From the NCBI GenBank assembly GCA_019358935.1, contig JAHHIK010000009.1:44707-108706 (forward strand): DNA of 64,000 nt, read 5' to 3'. A program made the translations under genes and the position numbers. The notes beneath the pieces are model-generated. The model was not told the DNA's origin. It did not search any database and saw only the letters and a list, made by a program, of their open reading frames with translations. Shown in pieces: positions 17,110 through 25,927 of this stretch (positions are counted from its first letter, which is position 1; each line of letters starts with the position of its first letter). Origin of the DNA: Tolypothrix carrinoi HA7290-LM1. Lineage in GTDB: Bacteria > Cyanobacteriota > Cyanobacteriia > Cyanobacteriales > Nostocaceae.

Positions 17110-19812
17110 TTAGACTATTTGTACTTCTTGTTGGATTAAATTTTGAAGTATAAGTAATCCAACTTGTTTGGAGATTGCTGTATTGTCATCGGGGCATCTG
17201 TAAATAACAGTACAGTTTGAACACCCGTGCTTGCATGGACAATTTTCCACTAAGAATCTTGCCCTCGATACGGCTTTTTCCAGATATTGAAATAGTGTAT
17301 TGCACATTCCGGTTCCTCCCTCAACTGTATCGAAGAAGTAGCCGACTAAGTTAGGCTGAGTTGGTTCTTCATAAAGCATAAAGTCAATATCTTTACTACT
17401 AGCACCATGTTCAACTAGTGGTAATGCTAGCATCAGTTGATGTGCTAGACTGTGGATACAAATGTCGGTTTCTTTATATTCAAATAACTCCCTCTCCTCT
17501 TTTGGAATGTACTTCTGATTCTTTATTGGTAACCTAATTTGCTCTACTTTTGACTTGAAGAAATTTCTCGCTTGTCGGTCTATCTCAATTTGCAAACAAC
17601 TGGTAGAACAGCTAATAGTCAAAGCTTCCTTATATAATACTTCTTCTACTAGTTGGATTATGTCTTTATCTGTGAGTTCGCTGTTGCATATGGAACAGTT
17701 TTGTAGTTTACTTGCTAGAGATTGATTGTGGTTTCTGCAATCTTGGTTTGGACAAGTCCATTTTGACTCTCGATTGTATAACCTGTATCCGGACACTGAC
17801 TCAGAGATGTTACATATTTTAGGAGTAAGTTTTATTACTCCCATTGGCAGTTTGATTGACTTTGCTTCCCCAGTAGTTTTAACTTCCTCAAATTTAATTA
17901 GTCCTTGAGGGCGGGTAAATAAATTTGTTTGTCCAATAGGCTTGAGGAAAGCTTGCCCTTCTTGGATTTTTAACTCTGATGATTTATACCAAACTGGATT
18001 ACCATCAAAATCCTGGGCTGTATAAATTGCATTAGGGTATACTTCTCTTAAAGCAGTGTTGACCGCACTTTGTTCAAACTCCTCCCCAGTTGAGGTGTTG
18101 ATATAGTTGATATTGTTGCTTCTGCTCCCCCTAATCTTGATATCGCCGTGTACGTAACCTAAATTGCGGGCGCACGCTAGCTTGCTGTTGAAGCTGTACA
18201 CGAGCTTGTTTTCTTGAAGAAGTTGGTTTGCGATCGCAAGTCCAGTTTGTCCGAAATGCTTGCTGATTTGGTTGATTGTCGGGCGTGACTCTTTGCAGCA
18301 GGCTAGAATATGGCACGCGAGTAGATTTTCAAAATTGGGGTTGAAGTTGATGATCTCCGGTGGGTCGGTTAACAACCGTTCGGGATTTTTCGAGTAGTAA
18401 GAGTCTAAAATAGACTGTTTGGAAGGTATGAAGACAACTAGCCCTTCTTGTTTTCTGCCGGCACGACCTGCCCTTTGCCGGAAGGATAGGATGCTTCCAG
18501 GATACTTGCAAATCAGGACGGCATCAATACAGCCGAGGTCTAACCCCGCTTCGAGAGCTGACGTTGACACGATAAACTTGATTTCCCCAGATTTGATATC
18601 TGCAATGATTTTCCTCCTTTGGTTGTTTTTCAAATTGGCGTAAAATGCAGAAATACTATTTTGGAGGTGAAATAACCCATTTTCAGTTAATATTTTGCGG
18701 ATTGTTTGGGTTAGGGTTTTGACCATTTCTCTGCTGTCGCAAAAGCATATTCCCACCACATCTTTACTGACAAGTGAAGCTGCTATTTCGGCGGTTGCGT
18801 ACAAAGTACTATTCTGGGGTTTGAGACTGATAAATGTGGTTTCAGCTTTTCTTGCACCGCTTTGGCTAATTACTGTAAAATTGCTTTTACGGTTGGAAAT
18901 CTTTTGGGCTATCTCTTGGCTATTGCTGATAGTAGCTGAGGCAAAGATATATTGTAATTTGGATATATCACTTCCAGCTAGTTTTATCAGTAGTTGAGTG
19001 CGACGGTTTAGCAAAGCGAAATTGCTACCAAAAATACCACTATAGTAATGAGCCTCATCAACCGTGATTATGGAAATTTTGCGTAGTGTTTCAATGAAGT
19101 TATAGTTATCAAATTGGTAGTTGGTAAGCTCGTGATTCCAAACATCGGGCGTGACGCAAATAATCGAGGGTTTATGTGTATAAAGCTTTTTGCGCTCTTG
19201 GGATGGAGTATCGCCATTAATATTTAGAATTGCGGGGCGGATAGGCTCTGGTAGGAGATTGATAAACTCCTTTATTTTCTCCTCTTGGTCAAATGCAAGG
19301 GCTTTGAGGTTGAAGAAGATGATACATGAATTGCCTTTGAGACATTCGTGAATAACTGGAAGTAGGAATGAAATCGATTTTCCACTACTTGTTGGAGTTT
19401 CGAGAATGATATCTGATGATTGGTTGTATGCTGACCATGCTTGAATCTGGTGGGAGTATAATTGATTAATTCCTAATTGAGCGAGAGCCATACTTACTGC
19501 TGGATGGACATTTTCTGGTATTGGTTGATAGTTTGCCGCTTGTTCGGGAATTATATCGCAGTGGGCAAGTTTATTTCTACCTTCTAGCTCAGATGCTATT
19601 TGTTGATAAATTAAACTTCTTGGAGATAGAGCATTTTGAACAGGGCTAAGATTTCCTTGTTCTATTTCCTCCCTCCAATTGAAGATAACTTGGCTAATAT
19701 TCCCTTTTATGAAATGGAGATTTTCGCCAATAATTGTGCTAATTTGAATTGTTCCGTACTGTTTGGAGTAAATGCTGCGACTTGGTTGTAACCACTCTGG
19801 TCGGTTGTTCAT
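17110..19812 (-). CDS. SF2 DEAH helicase with DUF1998 zinc domain (MrfA/Hrq1-like)
   Basis: LYSHQ, PTSSGKS, DEAH, SAT, TSALEAGLD, QRAGRAGR; C-terminal DTVEGGTG...CPCKHGCSNC. Confidence 0.93.
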   Translation of the reverse strand: MNNRPEWLQPSRSIYSKQYGTIQISTIIGENLHFIKGNISQVIFNWREEIEQGNLSPVQNALSPRSLIYQQIASELEGRNKLAHCDIIPEQAANYQPIPENVHPAVSMALAQLGINQLYSHQIQAWSAYNQSSDIILETPTSSGKSISFLLPVIHECLKGNSCIIFFNLKALAFDQEEKIKEFINLLPEPIRPAILNINGDTPSQERKKLYTHKPSIICVTPDVWNHELTNYQFDNYNFIETLRKISIITVDEAHYYSGIFGSNFALLNRRTQLLIKLAGSDISKLQYIFASATISNSQEIAQKISNRKSNFTVISQSGARKAETTFISLKPQNSTLYATAEIAASLVSKDVVGICFCDSREMVKTLTQTIRKILTENGLFHLQNSISAFYANLKNNQRRKIIADIKSGEIKFIVSTSALEAGLDLGCIDAVLICKYPGSILSFRQRAGRAGRKQEGLVVFIPSKQSILDSYYSKNPERLLTDPPEIINFNPNFENLLACHILACCKESRPTINQISKHFGQTGLAIANQLLQENKLVYSFNSKLACARNLGYVHGDIKIRGSRSNNINYINTSTGEEFEQSAVNTALREVYPNAIYTAQDFDGNPVWYKSSELKIQEGQAFLKPIGQTNLFTRPQGLIKFEEVKTTGEAKSIKLPMGVIKLTPKICNISESVSGYRLYNRESKWTCPNQDCRNHNQSLASKLQNCSICNSELTDKDIIQLVEEVLYKEALTISCSTSCLQIEIDRQARNFFKSKVEQIRLPIKNQKYIPKEERELFEYKETDICIHSLAHQLMLALPLVEHGASSKDIDFMLYEEPTQPNLVGYFFDTVEGGTGMCNTLFQYLEKAVSRARFLVENCPCKHGCSNCTVIYRCPDDNTAISKQVGLLILQNLIQQEVQIV

Positions 19813-19919
19813 AAAAAACTACCTACTTGTTGTTTGTAACAAGTAGGCGTTAGCGATGGCGGTGGTTTTTATGCAAGCAAATTATAGTCATTAATTTGTG
19901 GCTTTCAAATTTAGATAAA

Positions 19920-19949
19920 ATTTACCGGAGAATAACCTTTCCGGTAAAT
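19920..19949. promoter_or_regulatory. inverted repeat in the divergent promoter region
   Basis: ATTTACCGGA-N10-TCCGGTAAAT upstream of the first gene of the 20-kb run. Confidence 0.35.
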
Positions 19950-20257
19950 CTTTATTGTAATGGGATTGTCTACGCCGCAGTAAACAACGTAATTAATTAT
20001 ACAATATTTCTCAATTGCCAAAAAAATAATCAAAATAATACTAGGAATTACGGTTTGTTAGATGTTTGAGGGTAATAAAACTTCTGATATAGTTACTGAT
20101 GTAGATATTGTTATTTGAAATTTTTGTATTTCAAATACGAATATGATTTAGCTTCATGATGTTTTTATATAAGTAAGTGAATTTTTATTAAAGGTAATAT
20201 CAACTTGACGATTTAAATATATGGGTTAATTTGGATTATGTATGCGGGTGTTTATTT

Positions 20258-20671
20258 ATGAATTTTGAACAGACATCTCAAGTTAATTTGATAATTGAGC
20301 GGGCGAAACAAGAGAAATTTAATGATAACGAAATTGCCCTGTACGACGATTTTTTGATTGAAGGGGGAATAAAAAATCCTGCCAAGATGACGGAGCAAGA
20401 TGCCACTAATTTTGTGAATTTTCTAGACAGTTGTGATGCTTCTAACGAATTTGTGGCGATGGCTTTAACTAGATTGGCGCAGATTGCCCCTCAGGGTGCG
20501 ATGGCAAGAATACTGGAAAGTGATTCTGACGGTGATGGTCTAACCCTTGCTGAGGAGCTAAAACTTGGAACCAAAGCTACTGAATTTGATACACCTGCCG
20601 AGATAGCTGCCTCGCAACAACGGCAATTTCAGGCTTTCTCATCCAAAGATTCTGCGGCATTTGAACTTTAA
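20258..20671 (+). CDS. hypothetical protein with a DxDxDG Ca-binding-like motif
   Basis: DSDGDGLTLAEELKLGT; likely start is the ATG at 20258. Confidence 0.7.
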   Translation: MNFEQTSQVNLIIERAKQEKFNDNEIALYDDFLIEGGIKNPAKMTEQDATNFVNFLDSCDASNEFVAMALTRLAQIAPQGAMARILESDSDGDGLTLAEELKLGTKATEFDTPAEIAASQQRQFQAFSSKDSAAFEL

Positions 20672-21170
20672 ATAGACCTAAGAAGCATTCTGATGAACGT
20701 TGTCAGCATCTCGCTCAAAAATACTAACAACGCATTTTGAGAATTAATTGCAAAATATATGCAAGGAGTTTTGGGCAGCTGGATGCGATTTTCCAACATG
20801 ACCCAAGGAAGGTCTAGGGGATTTATAGTTTTTATCTTCAATCATCCTCAAAAATTTCTTCTAGTGTTAGCGGTTTACCCGCTAATTCAGAAGCCAAATC
20901 TCTAAGCTTAAACAAAGTTTCAAACTGCCCCCGTTCCAGTTGTCCTTTTTTGGCAGCTGACAGGGTTCTCTTATCAATACGTCAACGTAGGTATGCTAAA
21001 GGATATAACAAAGGGCGATCGCTCTTCCCTATAAGCAAAGCAATAAGTGCGATCTTCCCCCCATCACTATTGCTTAACTTCAGTTTTGACAGATGGAAGG
21101 AGAATTACGAGAAGAGAGAAAATAACTCGACACAAACAGGGCGCTGTTTGTTGCATTTTGAAGTGCGGCT

Positions 21171-21226
21171 GCGATCGCACAAGTGAAATCGCGGGTACGC
21201 CATCGCACAAGTGAAATCGCGGGTAC
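21171..21226. repeat. 28-bp tandem direct repeat, two copies
   Basis: GCGATCGCACAAGTGAAATCGCGGGTAC then GCCATCGCACAAGTGAAATCGCGGGTAC (one mismatch). Confidence 0.9.
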
Positions 21227-21566
21227 TTCAAAAGCACCTTTCCCTTAACTCCCTTTCTCAATCCACTCCCGTCCCGCTTTTTCCGCCGCTTCCGCTGTGT
21301 AATAAATTTTGCGTTCCCCGAACACTGCACCGCCCGGACTAACCACCCGAAACTGCCTTTACTTGAGCTTCAGTATAAAATACTACGCTTAGTAACATTC
21401 TGGATGCTAGTGCTAGGTGAACTGTGGTTTTAGTCATAGTGCGAGTGTTACAACAGTAGCGTTCTAACTATGGGATTATATTGCGTGAGCGATGGCGCTC
21501 CGCGCCCGTCGTAGACGATCGCATAAAAATCTGGGAGATAAGCGGAGTGCGTAAACGCTTTCATAC

Positions 21567-21824
21567 CTATTTCTGGTCATCGTTTCCTTTTTCTGGTATG
21601 TAAGTTAGTAATTCCCCAGGTTGACAGTTGAGAGCTTTGCAGTATTTTTCCAATGTCTCTCGCTCCAGTCTTTCTGGCATAACTCTCATATTTTTGTGTT
21701 TGCTAACAGTGACGTGGTGCAATCCCGCCATGTCAGCCAATTGCTTGTAATCAACTTCTCTATCAGCCATCAATACTGCTAAACGCCACTTTATTGGCAT
21801 GGATTCTTCTATAACTCTCAGCAT
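21567..21824 (-). CDS. XRE/Cro-family HTH transcriptional regulator
   Basis: LAVLMADRE...QLADMAGLHHVTVSK...LEKYCKALNCQPGELL. Confidence 0.88.
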   Translation of the reverse strand: MLRVIEESMPIKWRLAVLMADREVDYKQLADMAGLHHVTVSKHKNMRVMPERLERETLEKYCKALNCQPGELLTYIPEKGNDDQK

Positions 21825-21961
21825 ATCTAACTTACACCGCCTTTAAAATGGCGCATTAACGGCTGCGACTATGGTATAAAGCTCTGCGAAGAACCAGTTA
21901 GTTGATAATTTGATTTTTTTAATCGTTGCGACTAATATGATAACTACAGCCACTAATTAAA

Positions 21962-22022
21962 AAGGCGATCGCGAAGCGCGCCAAGAAGCTGCGATACCAA
22001 AGGCGCGCTTCGCGATCGCCTT
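21962..22022. repeat. perfect 21-bp inverted repeat with HIP1 in each arm
   Basis: AAGGCGATCGCGAAGCGCGCC-N19-GGCGCGCTTCGCGATCGCCTT. Confidence 0.9.
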
Positions 22023-22059
22023 CAACGTAGTAAACCCCCACTAACGGGAGACAAACACA

Positions 22060-22440
22060 ATGATGACACAATCACAAACGCTCGTTATTGACTCTCAAGC
22101 GATCGCCCAATTGGAACTTGAGTTGTACATAGCTCAACAAGCAGGGGCGACAGCACTCGAAGAGGGCGGAAATTATGCCGTGCAGCCCACAAAGAAAGGC
22201 TTTTTACCTGACGCTGATGCTCAAAACGTACCTATCCTCAGCCAGGGAAGTTCCCAAACAGAGCCAAACCGGGAACCACTTAAACATCTATTAATTGGTA
22301 CGGCGAGAACTGTAACCAGCACAATTCACTACTTACAAGTAATTGGTTATGCGGATGTTGGCGATTGGAGTCCACTACTGCCAAGTCCTAATCCAGGCGA
22401 GGTAATGAGTATTTTGGTGCGCTCAATCTTGGTGCAGTAG
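22060..22440 (+). CDS. conserved cyanobacterial hypothetical protein
   Basis: REPLKHLLIG...TIHYLQVIGYADVGDWSPL is a recurrent Nostocales-type sequence; divergent from the XRE gene. Confidence 0.75.
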   Translation: MMTQSQTLVIDSQAIAQLELELYIAQQAGATALEEGGNYAVQPTKKGFLPDADAQNVPILSQGSSQTEPNREPLKHLLIGTARTVTSTIHYLQVIGYADVGDWSPLLPSPNPGEVMSILVRSILVQ

Positions 22441-22442
22441 TT

Positions 22443-23420
22443 ATGACAGATAATTCACAAACTCAACTTGATTCGTTAAATCCTCAAACCGAGTATGATT
22501 CGCCCTGGAAAGATGTCTTAGAAAGATATTTTGAAGATTTCATGCTATTTTTCTTCCCCCAAGCACATCGAAGGATTGATTGGACTAGGAAGCATGAATT
22601 CCTCGATAAAGAACTGCTTTCTGTGGTTGGCGATGCAGAAATTGGTACACGATTTGCCGATAAATTAGTCAAGATTTATCGTATTTCTGGAGAAGAAAAT
22701 TGGATACTTATTCATGTCGAAATTCAAAGTCAAGAAGAATCTAATTTTGCTTTACGGATGTACACCTACAATTATCGTATTTACGACAAATATCAAAAGT
22801 TTGTAGTATCTCTGGCTATTCTCGGTGATGAAAACCCAAATTGGCGACCATCGCAATTTAATTCTCAACTATTTGGTTGTGGGATAAGTTTTCGATTTCC
22901 AGTAATAAAACTGCTAGACTACGAACAAAGGTTGTCGGAGCTTGAAGCTAGTCGCAATCCCTTTACTATTGTGGTTATGGCGCATCTACAAGCTAAGGCA
23001 ACAACCAGCAATCGCACCGAGCGCAAGCAGCAAAAATTAACTTTGGTAAAAAGGTTGTATGACTTAGGATTTGAGCGGGATTCGATAATTATCTTATTCA
23101 AGTTCATCGATTGGATGATGACTTTACCCGCTAATTTAGCACGGGAGTTTTGGCAAGAATATAGTAGTTTTGAGGAATCTAGACGTATGCAGTATGTAAC
23201 GAGCGTTGAGCGCATTGGCATTGAGAAAGGTACTCGCAAAGGTTTATTACAAGGAATTGACACCTGTTTGCAATTGAAATTTGGTGCAATGCAGTCAGAA
23301 CTATTTGAGGAAATTTCCCAAATTCAAGATGTCGAGCAATTGGAAGCAATTTTAACTGCATTAAAAACAGTTAACACGGTGGAGGAATTAAGAGAAATTT
23401 ACCAACCGATAACTGAGTAA
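22443..23420 (+). CDS. Rpn/YhgA-like PD-(D/E)XK protein (putative transposase)
   Basis: YDSPWK, FLDKEL, ADKLVK, IHVEIQ, RMYTYNYRI, MQYVTSVERIG. Confidence 0.85.
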   Translation: MTDNSQTQLDSLNPQTEYDSPWKDVLERYFEDFMLFFFPQAHRRIDWTRKHEFLDKELLSVVGDAEIGTRFADKLVKIYRISGEENWILIHVEIQSQEESNFALRMYTYNYRIYDKYQKFVVSLAILGDENPNWRPSQFNSQLFGCGISFRFPVIKLLDYEQRLSELEASRNPFTIVVMAHLQAKATTSNRTERKQQKLTLVKRLYDLGFERDSIIILFKFIDWMMTLPANLAREFWQEYSSFEESRRMQYVTSVERIGIEKGTRKGLLQGIDTCLQLKFGAMQSELFEEISQIQDVEQLEAILTALKTVNTVEELREIYQPITE

Positions 23421-23939
23421 GCCATGAATAGAGAGCAAGCACGCTTGCGATCGCTAACGATGCTAATAACTTGAGTAATCAAGGCTTACAGCGTTCTTCG
23501 GCAAGGAAGATATCGTGAAGGGCATAGCTTAATCCGTGGCTACTGTTGAAGCTGGCAGACAGTGCCGACAGTTTTTAAAACAGCCAAAAATAGAACGAGG
23601 TTTAGCAATACTCGAACAAATGCACAAGCAGTAATTGCTGTATTGCTGCAATCGCCGAACACCCCCAACCTGATTGGGGGTTATTTTGTGCCATCCAACA
23701 TAAGCAACCATAAAGTACATGCATCCACTATTATTTGTCAAGCTGTCTTGACTATTTGTAATAATATTGTGAAATTTATTACCTGCCCTTGGTACTTATT
23801 GAGGGATTTTCTTTGAAGGGCAATGAAATTACGGATAGAAGCCCAGATAACTTTAGTTTTTTGCTCATCCAAGCAACTCTATATTTCATAGTTATTCTAT
23901 TATAACTTCATCCATTTATATGTAAATAGAAAGTGGTGA

Positions 23940-24764
23940 TTATATGCCGAAGCCGAAAATGATATTTATTACATCATCTAGACTAAGTTTGAATTTGCGC
24001 GCAATGTTATTTATATTTGCCTCTCCATTCATGTGTTCTTCTAATATTAGGCGAATAGTTGATTCAGATATTTTAACTTTTTTATCTTGACCGATACTGA
24101 TATAAAAGTTTTTGATAAACTTGTTTATTTCTGCTCGTTCGAGTTCTTGCCAATATTTTTTACGATTGCTCCAAAAGCAATTGCCGGGTGCGTAATTTAC
24201 TGTGGTATCAATACGAGCAATTATTGTATTATTTGGGGCTTTTCCCATATCTAGAAGAAACTGGTTAAAGTTATCTCTCCAAGATGGATGTACTTCAATT
24301 CCACATCCCCCATGTTTTTTGTAAAAAGGGTGATTTTTATTATAGCAAGCTTGTTTTATATAGTTCCAAGAATGGTATTCTCTCAAGTTTTCTGGATTAA
24401 TTTTGAGCGATAATTCTCTTCTCAGACAACCGCAGCTATTAGTGCTGTTGCTGATTAAACTATGCTTGTACACATATTTTTCAGTCCCGCAGCTACATCT
24501 CACCAAGACTTTTGCTAACCTACCTAGTTGTTTTATCTCTTGGTTATCAATTACTGTTAGTCTACCGAAAATTGTACCTATTTCTAGAAGGCTTCCTTTT
24601 TTGACGCAACCACAACTTTTTGTCTTGCCGTTTAAAAGATTAAACTTAAATACTTTTCTTTGGATTTCGCAGGCTGTACACTGGCATAGTATTTCCGTCC
24701 CTTGGTTTTCAAGTACCTGCCAGTAACCAAACTTTTCTCCAATGTCAATAGTTCGACTACGCAT
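23940..24764 (-). CDS. phage-type HNH endonuclease-like protein, degenerate
   Basis: Two FGxxxV...CxC...SCGC repeats, GGCGIEVHPSW...FLLDMG, IARIDTTVNYAPGNCFW. Confidence 0.7.
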   Translation of the reverse strand: MRSRTIDIGEKFGYWQVLENQGTEILCQCTACEIQRKVFKFNLLNGKTKSCGCVKKGSLLEIGTIFGRLTVIDNQEIKQLGRLAKVLVRCSCGTEKYVYKHSLISNSTNSCGCLRRELSLKINPENLREYHSWNYIKQACYNKNHPFYKKHGGCGIEVHPSWRDNFNQFLLDMGKAPNNTIIARIDTTVNYAPGNCFWSNRKKYWQELERAEINKFIKNFYISIGQDKKVKISESTIRLILEEHMNGEANINNIARKFKLSLDDVINIIFGFGI

Positions 24765-24906
24765 ATATAGTAATATTAGGTGATTTTTAATTTTTAGTAT
24801 TTCTTTTTTAATGATAAAGTAAGTAATGAAAATTCCTCAAGTTTAAATGCTAAACTTGAGGATTCAGGGAACTGCAAAGAGCATTGGATAGGCAATAGGC
24901 TTTCTT

Positions 24907-25284
24907 TTAAGCAGCGAGTCCCATCAAAGCGTATACCTGATCCAAACGGGGTTGATGTTTTTCCTCTGTACTCGACACTAGATTTAACCATTCGCATTTG
25001 GTAAGAGTGTAGAGATTGTATGTCTCGTTTGGCTCAACGATAAATTTATCGCCAAAAGCGGCGATGAACGAGTATGACTTTTTGGTGAGGGTATTTTTGA
25101 CAGATACCTGTACCCTGCCGGAGATAATTATAAACAGTTCGCTTTCATCTTTTTGAGAGTAGCTACCGTGAGTTTTGCGTTCTTGGAGGCATTGATAATT
25201 TACTTTTACCCAGGAGCCTTTTGTATGGCTGAAAGAGAAATTATTTTCCTCGGTAATTGAAACTGAGGATGTTAGTATTTGCAT
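24907..25284 (-). CDS. cupin-like protein
   Basis: ELFIIISGRVQV...GDKFIVEPNE cupin motifs. Confidence 0.6.
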   Translation of the reverse strand: MQILTSSVSITEENNFSFSHTKGSWVKVNYQCLQERKTHGSYSQKDESELFIIISGRVQVSVKNTLTKKSYSFIAAFGDKFIVEPNETYNLYTLTKCEWLNLVSSTEEKHQPRLDQVYALMGLAA

Positions 25285-25652
25285 GATTGTTTACCTGTTT
25301 TCAATTGAATGAGATGGATTTCTACAGCAAAGAGAATTTCGTCGCAAGTTTCAGCTTCGTTCAAGTCCTTATTTTTATTTATGGCATCTATAAGGTTATT
25401 TATTTCTATTAAATTCATTCCTTCTACAAGAGCTAATGCTTCATTTAGGTTATCGCTATATTCCCCTGTTCGATGATTTAAATTTTTGAAGATAGCGTTA
25501 TAGTTACCTGCCATTTCTACTGCTATTGCCCAAACGCATAATTTTGCTTGAAATTCTACTTTCTCATGTGACTCTAGCTTTTCTAAGTGATTGCCGAATC
25601 TTGTAAACAAATTATTTGGTTTGGTGGTAAATGCTCTTACTTTTGAAAACAT
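25272..25652 (-). CDS. hypothetical protein
   Basis: 126-aa ORF overlapping the cupin gene start. Confidence 0.6.
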   Translation of the reverse strand: MFSKVRAFTTKPNNLFTRFGNHLEKLESHEKVEFQAKLCVWAIAVEMAGNYNAIFKNLNHRTGEYSDNLNEALALVEGMNLIEINNLIDAINKNKDLNEAETCDEILFAVEIHLIQLKTGKQSCKY

Positions 25653-25927
25653 CTTTCAATCTGACCTTGATTTATTCATAATCTATCAGTATTTTTACTA
25701 TTATTGATGTCTTATATTTAAGCTTTTGATGAAGATTTTTAAGTTTGAATTACCTCATCTTTTTAAAGATATTATTTATAGATGAGAAATAATCTTCAAA
25801 ATCTTTATATTTTTATAAAGCAGAATACTAAGTATTCTTACTGTTGTAATTTTTCGTAATTAACAATATTTTCAAAGCCGTATTTACATATTTCCGGGGC
25901 TTTCAAGCGGTTTTTTTGTAAATAATC

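Noticed and set aside
9331..19812. DISARM or restriction-modification reading of the methyltransferase plus DUF1998 helicase
   Set aside because: The helicase is a single MrfA-like polypeptide, and no DrmC, DrmD or restriction subunit is recognisable.
23424..23870. Short ORFs and a possible TPR-like remnant after the Rpn-like gene
   Set aside because: Too short and interrupted to assign.
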